A DNA stretch of 24,000 bases from Bacillus sp. CGMCC 1.16607 (lineage in GTDB: Bacteria; Bacillota; Bacilli; Bacillales; Cytobacillaceae): NCBI RefSeq assembly GCF_042683745.1, contig NZ_JBHUJX010000019.1:203978-227977 (forward strand), in the 5' to 3' direction. The notes under the pieces were generated by a model. That model made no database searches and had not been told where the DNA came from. It saw only the letters and a program-made list of their open reading frames with translations. Shown piece by piece: positions 7,843 to 15,259 of the stretch; position 1 is the stretch's first letter, and every line of letters starts with the position of its first letter. A program made the translations under genes and the position numbers.

Positions 7843-7970
7843 TTGATTTCCACTGCAGGTTGCTCGCTTTCCGCGGGGCGGGCGGTGAGCCTCCTCGGAG
7901 TGTACGCTCCTGCGGGGTCTCACCTGTCCCGCTGCTCCCGCAGGAGTCTCGCACCTTCCGTTCCAATCAA
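7843..7970. repeat. Family-B GC-rich palindromic element (single copy in this window)
   Basis: Termini TTGATTTCCACTGCAGG and CCTTCCGTTCCAATCAA are imperfect inverted repeats. The core is very GC-rich. It has a perfect 10-bp stem CTCCTGCGGG (7907-7916) / CCCGCAGGAG (7937-7946) and a competing GGTGAG/CTCACC pairing. The ORFs drawn through it (7792-7998, 7843-8154) lack any start context. Confidence 0.7.
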
Positions 7971-8062
7971 TCTCTATATCAACAGTTTGCGTTTCCAAAG
8001 TTTTAAAACAACAATCTTTGCGAAAAGAGACTTAAATAAAATTAGGTTAGGAAGGAATAGAT

Positions 8063-9160
8063 ATGATTTTACAAGAAAAGGTGCAGACTCTCCCTTCATC
8101 CCCTGGTGTTTATTTAATGAAAGATTCCGTCGGCGGAGTTATTTATGTAGGTAAGGCAAAAAATCTTAAAAGACGAGTTCAATCATATTTTCGAGACTCA
8201 AAGGGGCATTCTCCAAAAATAAAAAAGCTAGTAAAACATTTGAAGGATTTTGATTACATTCTGACCGATACAGAATTTGAAGCTTTTTTGCTGGAATGTC
8301 ACTTAATAAAAGAAATCAAACCAATCTACAATCGAAAAATGAAAAATCCTGGGTCATTTGTCTATATTAAGATTCACCAGACAAAAAGGAGCCCCAAGAT
8401 TGAAATAACCAATTGGTTCATGGAGGATGACGATCATTTTTATTTCGGTCCCTATACAAGTAGAAGTACTGTGGAAAAAGCAATCCAAGGTATTAAAGAA
8501 TGTTTTCAATTACTTTGCTCGAATCCCGCAAACAGCGGGTCTGCCTGTTTAAACTATTCCTTAGGATTGTGCAATGGAATTTGCCTTGGTGGTTCTGCGG
8601 TAGAAGAATATAACCGCATCATTGAAAAAGTCATTTCCTTACTTAATGGTACCGACATGGGCCTTATTAATGAAATGCAGCAAAAGATGCATAATGCTTC
8701 GCTTCATTTTGATTTTGAATCAGCAGCCAAGTATAGAGATCATATAGATGCAGTAGCCTTCTTACTAAAAAAAGAAAAAGTGATTGAATTCACAGAGCAG
8801 AACAAAAATATAGCCATCATCGAATCATTGACTCCATCAACTATCAAGCTTTTTCTTATTAAGAGGACAGAAATTCTTTTTACTGAAAAGTATGTTCTTA
8901 ATGACTTTCAATTAGGGGATTTAAGATCAATAATAAAGGAAAAAATATTGATGTATTTTAAAATGAAGGATAGAACATTTGTTGAAGTGGACAGAAATGA
9001 AATCGATGAAGCTCAGATTATATATAGTTATCTAACTAGCAAGCATTGCAACTATTTTGTTATCCAAGATAACTGTTTAGAAAATGAGAACAATGCCAAA
9101 CTAGGTGAAGAAATAACCCAGTTACTTGAAATTCAATACACAAAAAAACACTCAGGTTGA
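8063..9160 (+). CDS. UvrC N-terminal-half homologue (GIY-YIG nuclease, Cys-rich region and UVR domain; Cho-like)
   Basis: GIY-YIG motifs GVYLMKD...VIYVGKAKNLKRRVQSYF...EAFLLECHLIKEIKPIYN. UvrC-like Cys cluster CFQLLC...CLNYSLGLCNGIC. UVR motif FESAAKYRDHIDAV. It ends at 365 aa, before the position of the UvrC C-terminal RNase H-like endonuclease and HhH domains. GGAAGGA RBS. Confidence 0.8.
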   Translation: MILQEKVQTLPSSPGVYLMKDSVGGVIYVGKAKNLKRRVQSYFRDSKGHSPKIKKLVKHLKDFDYILTDTEFEAFLLECHLIKEIKPIYNRKMKNPGSFVYIKIHQTKRSPKIEITNWFMEDDDHFYFGPYTSRSTVEKAIQGIKECFQLLCSNPANSGSACLNYSLGLCNGICLGGSAVEEYNRIIEKVISLLNGTDMGLINEMQQKMHNASLHFDFESAAKYRDHIDAVAFLLKKEKVIEFTEQNKNIAIIESLTPSTIKLFLIKRTEILFTEKYVLNDFQLGDLRSIIKEKILMYFKMKDRTFVEVDRNEIDEAQIIYSYLTSKHCNYFVIQDNCLENENNAKLGEEITQLLEIQYTKKHSG

Positions 9161-9170
9161 GTGTTCTTTT
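9146..9170. terminator. Bidirectional terminator shared by the GIY-YIG gene and the PspA gene
   Basis: Hairpin AACACTC / GAGTGTT overlaps the stop codon at 9158-9160. T-run on plus (CTTTT) and a longer one on minus (TTTTTTT). Confidence 0.65.
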
Positions 9171-9183
9171 GTGTTACATATGA

Positions 9184-9825
9184 TTACGAGATCGATTTGT
9201 TTTCTCCCATCTCTTTCTCTAATTGAGCAACTCTTGCATCAATCGTACTGCGGTAATAAGAATGATTTACTTGGTGTTCTAAACGATCCAGATAACCTTC
9301 AATTTCTTGGAAACGAGAAATTGATGAATCGGAATAAGTATTGGATTTCAAAACTTGGTCCATACGGTGGTTCGCTCTTGTTACATTTTCACGTCCCATT
9401 AATTCTAACCGACGTATATTCATATCTTTCAGTTTGTGTTTCATTTTTTCATATTTTCTTTCTAATTCCCCGAGCTGCCCGATTACTTGTTTTAGGGACT
9501 CATTTAAGCGTTCGGCACGTCCAGCATATTGCTCTAACTCAGCTACTGCAAATTGATAAAGCTCCGTTTCCCCTGCCTTGGCTGCAATTTCAGCTTGATG
9601 TTTTCTTTTCTCCACCATTTCCTCGGCTTCTTTCACTTCCCTAATAAATCCTTCTTTTAATGCGTGTTGACGCTCCACTAGCTTACCTACTTTTTCTGTT
9701 TCTTGCTCGCATTGGCGAAGATATTGATTAAGTAGAAGTATCGGATTTTTGCTTTCTGTTTTATCAAGTGCCCCATTTAAATCTGCAGCTATAGTATCCT
9801 TTAATCTTATAAATAAGTTTGTCAT
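9184..9825 (-). CDS. PspA/IM30-family protein (LiaH/PspA-like)
   Basis: Fully coiled-coil protein of 213 aa. The PspA-type N-terminus (LFIRLKDTIAADLNGALDKTE..NPILLLNQYLRQCEQE) is collinear with B. subtilis LiaH/PspA as I recall them. AGGAGAG RBS. Confidence 0.8.
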   Translation of the reverse strand: MTNLFIRLKDTIAADLNGALDKTESKNPILLLNQYLRQCEQETEKVGKLVERQHALKEGFIREVKEAEEMVEKRKHQAEIAAKAGETELYQFAVAELEQYAGRAERLNESLKQVIGQLGELERKYEKMKHKLKDMNIRRLELMGRENVTRANHRMDQVLKSNTYSDSSISRFQEIEGYLDRLEHQVNHSYYRSTIDARVAQLEKEMGENKSIS

Positions 9826-9845
9826 GTCATTTCTCTCCTTTAATT

Positions 9846-10193
9846 TTAATAATTTTTCAAGTCATTCCATTGTTTTTCAAAATTAACAAATGGATCTGTT
9901 TCTTCTTTTACTACTGCATATTTCTTCCCATTCCATTTTTTATATACTAGGTAGAGTATATAAGCAGCTACTAAGCCGATGATTGCAGGAACATTATGAA
10001 TGCTTGCCATAAGAACGAAGAAACCGATGATTCCTATGCCAATTTTTCCACCTGTTGATTCTGCCTTTAAAAATTGTTTATAAATAAAGTATAGAAGTAC
10101 TAAGCTAACTAGTAGCCCAATCATCGGACCAATCGTAGAAAGTAATACAATTGCTGCAACTCCACCTGCTAAAAGTAAACCAAATTTTTTCAT
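9846..10193 (-). CDS. Small membrane protein upstream of PspA (LiaI-like anchor candidate)
   Basis: About 115 aa from MKKFGLLL, with three to four TM helices and an acidic C-terminal tail. It ends 20 nt before pspA, the same gene order as liaI-liaH. Start moved to ATG 10193 (AAAGGGTG RBS). Confidence 0.5.
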   Translation of the reverse strand: MKKFGLLLAGGVAAIVLLSTIGPMIGLLVSLVLLYFIYKQFLKAESTGGKIGIGIIGFFVLMASIHNVPAIIGLVAAYILYLVYKKWNGKKYAVVKEETDPFVNFEKQWNDLKNY

Positions 10194-10310
10194 TTTGTTT
10201 TCACCCTTTCTTGATCTTGATATCATCTTACCTCCATTCCAACTTTCTCATAACGAGCTTGAGCTTTATTTTGGAATAGGTCTTAAGGTGTAGAGAGGGT
10301 CAGTCTATTT

Positions 10311-10361
10311 ATAAAAAAAGTGCCAGGAACCACGAAGAAATTCGTGGTCCCTGGCACTTTT
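10311..10361 (-). terminator. Rho-independent terminator after PTS EIICB
   Basis: Long hairpin AGTGCCAGGGACCACGAA / TTCGTGGTTCCTGGCACT (minus-strand reading) followed by TTTTTTT. Confidence 0.85.
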
Positions 10362-10370
10362 GTATGCATT

Positions 10371-11810
10371 TTAATTGCGAATTTTTTCAATTTCATCTGC
10401 AACGAATTGTACAGATGTTCCTACAATCACTTGGATGCTCTGTGGTCCGACAATATTTATTCCCGGAACACCTGTAGATTTAATTTTACTTTGGTCTACC
10501 GCGTTCATATCTTTCACTTCGACTCTTAACCGAGTGATACAATTGTCAACCGATACTACATTCGCATCTCCACCAAGCCCTTCATAAATTTTTGCAGCCA
10601 TTGCTGCAAAGTTTCCTTTAGAAATAGGCTCCATACCTGTATCATCATCCGTATCATCTTCTCTACCTAATGTGATTAAGTTGAATTTTGTAATTAGGAA
10701 GCGGAATAATACATAGTAAATGACGGCAAAAACAAGTCCTTGTACTAATAACATATAGGGTTGGTTGGCAATTGGATTTCGCAAACTTAGGAAAAAGTCG
10801 ATAAATCCAGCGCTAAAGGCAAATCCTGCTGTCCAGTGAAAAAGGGAAGCAATCACTAAAGAAATACCTGTTAATGCGGCATGGACTAAATAAAGAACTG
10901 GCGCAACAAACATAAACGCAAATTCAAGTGGTTCTGTAACCCCTGTAAAGAAGGAAGCAAAGCCTGCGGCAACCATCAATGAAGCGACTTGTTTTTTCTT
11001 TTTTGTTTTTGCTGTATGGTACATCGCTAATGCTGCAGCTGGGAGACCAAACATCATAATTGGGAAGAATCCAGCTTGGTACATTCCTGTTACACCTTTT
11101 TCGCCCTTACCAGACAAGAAGTTACCTATATCATTGATTCCAGCTACATCGAACCAGAAAACAGAATTTAACGCATGGTGTAATCCAGTAGGAATTAATA
11201 ATCGATTGAAGAAACCATATAAACCTGCACCAACAGCACCTAAATCACTAATCCCTTTTCCAAAGGAAACTAATGCCGAAAAAATGACTGGCCACGCAAA
11301 GAATAAAATTAAAGAAACGAATAGCATCGAAACCGCTGTCATAATTGGCACCAATCTTTTTCCACTAAAGAAAGCCAAAGCATCTGGCAATTGAACATGA
11401 CTGAATCGATTGTACATGATAGAGGCAATGATCCCTGAAAGAATCCCTACAAAAGCATTTCCTATTTTTACAAATGCAGGGTCTACATTTGCCGGATCTA
11501 TTTCTTTTAGTAGAGCAACTGAATTCGTTGAAAGTAAGGTCGTAACAACTAAAAATGCTACCAGTCCACTTAAAGCCGAGGAGCCATCCTTGTCTTTTGA
11601 CATCCCTAAGGCTACCCCTACCGCGAATAAAACCGGAATATTATCAATTACGGAAGCACCCGCTTTAATTAAGAAAGCTGCTATGGGACTGCCTGCTCCC
11701 CAGCCTGTAGGATCGATCCAATATCCAATCCCCATTAAAATAGCAGCAGCTGGTAACACAGCAACAGGCAGCATCAATGATCGGCCAAGCCTTTGAAGAT
11801 ATTTCTTCAT
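10371..11810 (-). CDS. PTS glucose-family EIICB component (PtsG/NagE-like)
   Basis: EIIC motifs (LQRLGRSLMLPVAVLPAAAIL, FFPIMMFGLPAAALAMY, GVTEPLEFAFMFVAPVLY). C-terminal EIIB with the phospho-Cys motif VDNCITRLRV. Start set to ATG 11810 (AAGGAGGAAGG RBS); the track start is an upstream TTG. Confidence 0.9.
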   Translation of the reverse strand: MKKYLQRLGRSLMLPVAVLPAAAILMGIGYWIDPTGWGAGSPIAAFLIKAGASVIDNIPVLFAVGVALGMSKDKDGSSALSGLVAFLVVTTLLSTNSVALLKEIDPANVDPAFVKIGNAFVGILSGIIASIMYNRFSHVQLPDALAFFSGKRLVPIMTAVSMLFVSLILFFAWPVIFSALVSFGKGISDLGAVGAGLYGFFNRLLIPTGLHHALNSVFWFDVAGINDIGNFLSGKGEKGVTGMYQAGFFPIMMFGLPAAALAMYHTAKTKKKKQVASLMVAAGFASFFTGVTEPLEFAFMFVAPVLYLVHAALTGISLVIASLFHWTAGFAFSAGFIDFFLSLRNPIANQPYMLLVQGLVFAVIYYVLFRFLITKFNLITLGREDDTDDDTGMEPISKGNFAAMAAKIYEGLGGDANVVSVDNCITRLRVEVKDMNAVDQSKIKSTGVPGINIVGPQSIQVIVGTSVQFVADEIEKIRN

Positions 11811-12008
11811 TCGAACCTTCCTCCTTGTCAATATAACCTTTTAACGTCTGTTACTAATAAGAATGAATAATTTCAAATATGTGATGTGATTTTAAGTTAA
11901 GTAAATTTAGCTCTCACCTTCTTTCCTTTAATATCTTTGAAGACGTGGAGATCTCATTTTATATGAATATTCGGTAAATTAGGAGCATACCGCTACTCAC
12001 CATACTAA

Positions 12009-12497
12009 TCATTTTGCATTTACTGTCATAATCACGGTTTCACCTTGAATACCTTCCTTTTCTTCCGTAATGGTATACACTTTATCTCCTCCATGACTAT
12101 TTGTAATGACGATCGGTGTGATGATGCTTTTTGCATGAGTACGGATATATTCCCAATCAACTTTAACCAGCAACTGGCCAACAGATACCGTTTCACCCAA
12201 ACTGACATCTACTTTAAAACCTTCTCCCTTTAAAGAAACCGTTTCCAAACCTATATGAATGAGAATTTCTGAACCATCCTTCGCAAGAATGCCGATAGCA
12301 TGCTTCGTAGGGGCAATTTGAATAATCTTCCCCTCTACTGGAGCACAAATATTCCCCCCAACTGGAATAACAGCTATCCCCTGCCCCATCATCTTTTGAC
12401 TGAAAACGGGATCAGGAACCTTCTCAATGGGGACTATCTCACCATTGACTGGCATAACTATTTGTAATTTTTCTTTTTTAAAAAGATTAAATAGCAT
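12009..12497 (-). CDS. PTS EIIA(Glc)-type component
   Basis: EIIA-Glc fold motifs, including both catalytic-region His residues (APTKHAIGI, EILIHIGLETV). Start set to ATG 12497 (GAAGGAGAAGG RBS). Confidence 0.85.
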   Translation of the reverse strand: MLFNLFKKEKLQIVMPVNGEIVPIEKVPDPVFSQKMMGQGIAVIPVGGNICAPVEGKIIQIAPTKHAIGILAKDGSEILIHIGLETVSLKGEGFKVDVSLGETVSVGQLLVKVDWEYIRTHAKSIITPIVITNSHGGDKVYTITEEKEGIQGETVIMTVNAK

Positions 12498-12584
12498 TTC
12501 TTCCTTCTCCTTCACTAAGACTTTAGATGATGATTACTATATTTTTATTACTTGTATTAGAGAATAAGTACTACAGGTTCCTCC

Positions 12585-12646
12585 TAAAAAAATAAAAAGT
12601 GTCAAATACGCCCAAAAACAACAGTTTTTTTGGTGTATTTGACACT
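12585..12646 (-). terminator. Rho-independent terminator after desR
   Basis: Minus-strand hairpin AGTGTCAAATAC / GTATTTGACACT followed by TTTTTATTTTTTT, immediately after the stop at 12651. Confidence 0.8.
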
Positions 12647-12650
12647 AATA

Positions 12651-13250
12651 TTATTTAAACCAGCCCTTTTCTTTCGACTGGGTTATGGCTTCGATTCGAT
12701 TTTTTACTTCAAGTTTGTCCAAGATGGTAGATATATAATTCCTTACGGTTCCCGTCTTTATACTAAGTTCATTAGCTATTTCATTGGTGTTCTTTCCATT
12801 AGCTACAAGTTCTAATACTTCCTTTTCACGGTCCGTAAGCGGATTTTCCTCACCATAAACATCTTCAATTAGTTCTGGTGCATATATTCGTTTTCCATCC
12901 ATGACGCTTCGAATCGAGCTTGCCAACTCTTCACTCGGACTATCCTTCAGTAAATATCCGCATACTCCCGCTTTTAATGCACGTTGAAAATAACCGGTTC
13001 TTGCGAAAGTCGTTAAGATAATCACCTTACAGTTTAGACCTTTAAGTTCTTCCGCTGCTTCGAGCCCGCTTTTACCTGGCATTTCAATATCCATTATGCA
13101 AACATCTGGTTGGAGTTTCTTTACAAGAGCTATTGCTTCTTCCCCGTTAGAAGCCTTGCCCACTACTTCCATATCATCCTCTAAATTAAGCAATGAACCA
13201 AAAGCTCCTAACAGCATTTGCTGGTCTTCAGCAATAACGATTGTAATCAT
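12651..13250 (-). CDS. desR: NarL/LuxR-family response regulator DesR
   Basis: Collinear and highly similar over its full length to B. subtilis DesR as I recall it (IAEDQQMLLGA.GSLLNLEDDMEVVGK...DVCIMDIEMPGK.GLEAAEELK...KNRIEAIT.SKEKGWFK). Its start overlaps the desK stop by 4 nt. Confidence 0.85.
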   Translation of the reverse strand: MITIVIAEDQQMLLGAFGSLLNLEDDMEVVGKASNGEEAIALVKKLQPDVCIMDIEMPGKSGLEAAEELKGLNCKVIILTTFARTGYFQRALKAGVCGYLLKDSPSEELASSIRSVMDGKRIYAPELIEDVYGEENPLTDREKEVLELVANGKNTNEIANELSIKTGTVRNYISTILDKLEVKNRIEAITQSKEKGWFK

Positions 13251-14383
13251 TTCATTTCCTCCCTATCTGCCTGCTTAACATCATTTGGTACCTTCATGAT
13301 TAAGGTTGTGCCTTCTTTTGTCAATAAATCAAGACTACCGTTTACAAATTCTAAACGTTCTCTCATACCGATTAGTCCGTGACCTTTCACTTCCGTATCC
13401 TCAGAAATCTTAAAAGTTCCATTATCTTGTATAGTAATCATAATTTCCTTCCATGATTGTTCAATATAAACTGAACAAATAGTAGCTCCACTATGTTTAA
13501 CTACATTGGTTACAGCCTCTTTCAAGCACATACTTAAAATATTTTCAGTAAGCAATGAAACATTCTTCAATGCAAAATCCTCGTCCCCAAGAAAGGTAAT
13601 TTGAGCAGCATCCAATATTTGTTTAATTCGTACCATTTCATCCTTCAAGCGAATTCCACGCATCGAAGAAACCATCTTCCTCACTTCATTTAAGGCAGTT
13701 CTTGCGGTCTGCTGAACATCCCTCAGTTCATTACGTGCCTGTTCAGGATTTTTTTGAATTAATCGTCTTGCCAGATCACTCTTTAAACCGATTAGAGAAA
13801 GCTTTTGCCCCAATGTATCATGGAGATCACGGGCAATTCGCTGACGTTCTTCTATTTTAATTAGCTCAGAAATCTTCTTATTTGCATCTTCAAGTTTTTC
13901 TTCCAACTGACCCATTTCTTTTTTATTTCGAATATTGAAAGGGAGAAGGATTACACTAATCCAAATGATAAAGACAATTGGCAATTGCTTAATGAATAAA
14001 CCTTCCTTCAGAACGATGCTAAGGTTGATTGAAACAGATGTACTAATTAAATGCACAAAATACAAGGTGAAAAAAGCAACACGATTTTTTACATTGCCAA
14101 TCAAATACGCTAAGAAGAAGGCAAAATAAACATAACTGAAAAGATTTGTTGCCGTTACTGATATTCCAATCAATATGAAGGTCCAAAGATAAATAGTCCA
14201 ACCTTTAGATAAAAACGCAATGCGATAAATAATAAAGAATAAGACAGTAAGCGAAACCCCCACAACAATTTGAATCGTTGAAGAAGATTGAAAAATAAAA
14301 TAAAACGGTAATATCGCAAGAATCGTCCAGATATAAGGAGATATCCCGTTAATCTTCTGGAATGTCAAATACCTTTTAAACAT
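13247..14383 (-). CDS. desK: Membrane thermosensor histidine kinase DesK (HisKA_3 family)
   Basis: Five N-terminal TM helices. Long stretches match B. subtilis DesK from memory (FQK.NGI.PYIWTI..ILPFYFI, ERQRIARDLHDTLGQKLSLIGLKSDLAR, LSMCLKEAVTNVVKHS, GHGL.GMRERLEF.NGSL). AAGAGGT RBS. Confidence 0.85.
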   Translation of the reverse strand: MFKRYLTFQKINGISPYIWTILAILPFYFIFQSSSTIQIVVGVSLTVLFFIIYRIAFLSKGWTIYLWTFILIGISVTATNLFSYVYFAFFLAYLIGNVKNRVAFFTLYFVHLISTSVSINLSIVLKEGLFIKQLPIVFIIWISVILLPFNIRNKKEMGQLEEKLEDANKKISELIKIEERQRIARDLHDTLGQKLSLIGLKSDLARRLIQKNPEQARNELRDVQQTARTALNEVRKMVSSMRGIRLKDEMVRIKQILDAAQITFLGDEDFALKNVSLLTENILSMCLKEAVTNVVKHSGATICSVYIEQSWKEIMITIQDNGTFKISEDTEVKGHGLIGMRERLEFVNGSLDLLTKEGTTLIMKVPNDVKQADREEMK

Positions 14384-14585
14384 ACAAGATACCTCTTTTT
14401 AATTTTTTTCAAATATATACCTTACTTCTCTCCATATCTTACCACTTCGTCTATGGTATGAGGGAGAAATTTGTATTCAAAGGAGTACGAGCACATATTT
14501 TTTTACGAAAAATCCAAACTAAAAACTGCTGCTATTACTTCAAAGGGAGTTGGTTTGTTTGAAATGGCAAAAGAGGATATTATCC

Positions 14586-14969
14586 ATGATCCAGGACCGT
14601 CAAGATAAAAAAATAGCACTTGCTGTTGACACCTCAAGTGTCGAAGTACGCTCTATTTTAATAAACAATATTGTGAAATTGTTTGAAACCGTGAAACCTG
14701 AAACCATCCTTGTCCAAGCAGATTTCAAAATCCGAAGTATCACTCCCGTAAAAGCGGATACCATCAAATATTATTCGCACGGAAAATCGTCCTATACGTT
14801 AGTATTAGAATGGGCAAAAAATGAAAATATCGATACATTATTCTACATTACCGATGTTACAGGTTATATTTATGAAGAAATAACAAGCGTGGATTACGAA
14901 TTATTTTGGTTAGTTCCGGATGAATTCCTTCCAAAAGTGCCTTTCGGAAAAGCGATAAAGGTTGCCTAA
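14586..14969 (+). CDS. Small hypothetical protein with degenerate VWA-like (DUF2201-type) domain
   Basis: KKIALAVDTSSVEV resembles a MIDAS DxSxS strand. ILVQADFKI and TLFYITDVTGY...ELFWLV follow the beta-strand pattern of the VWA-like C-terminal domain of DUF2201 proteins, but the metal-binding residues are degenerate. Start uncertain: ATG 14586 with AAGAGGA RBS is preferred over TTG 14550/14559. Confidence 0.4.
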   Translation: MIQDRQDKKIALAVDTSSVEVRSILINNIVKLFETVKPETILVQADFKIRSITPVKADTIKYYSHGKSSYTLVLEWAKNENIDTLFYITDVTGYIYEEITSVDYELFWLVPDEFLPKVPFGKAIKVA

Positions 14970-14972
14970 ATT

Positions 14973-15254
14973 AGAAAAGCGTAAGCGCACTTGTAAGCTC
15001 CGATAAAGAAGACTGGTTGATTGGCGAGTGTAGCGAAGCCAGAGACCTAGTCGCACTTAGCAAAACGTTCTTTGGTTTGCCAAGCAAATGCTTCGAAACC
15101 CAGAAAGTCGTTCTTTGACTTTTTGGGTTTCGAACATTTGACCTCGAGATCGACAATAACGCGACCTCCTGTCGCTTTGTCGACACTAGTACGTAGTACG
15201 TCCTGTACGTCGGGGCTAGGCGCTGGAGCTGGACAATTTTCGCAGTCCAAAAAT
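14973..15254 (+). repeat. Family-A structured intergenic element, copy 3 (full length)
   Basis: Collinear with 1138-1425 across all modules. Starts 3 nt after the stop at 14969 and ends about 5 nt before the convergent stop at 15260. Confidence 0.9.
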
Positions 15255-15259
15255 TTCCT

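Noticed and set aside
7437-8154. Track ORFs 7437-7619(-), 7447-7710(+), 7792-7998(-) and 7843-8154(+) as protein genes
   Set aside because: They run through family-A copy 2 and the family-B element. They have no RBS or plausible start context. Their Arg/Pro/Gly/Ser-rich translations come from GC-rich repeat DNA, and equivalent ORFs appear in whichever frame happens to be open in other copies.
10270-10310. LiaR-type operator upstream of the liaIH-like pair
   Set aside because: Only an isolated TAAGAC/GTCTTA half-site is present. I could not find the second half-site at the 4-nt spacing of the B. subtilis liaI operator, and no liaFSR genes are nearby.
11849-11861. RAT-like antiterminator motif (TGTTACTAATAAG) between PTS EIIA and EIICB
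   Set aside because: The motif is on the plus strand while both PTS genes are transcribed on the minus strand. No overlapping terminator hairpin is present and no BglG/GlcT-type antiterminator gene is in the window.
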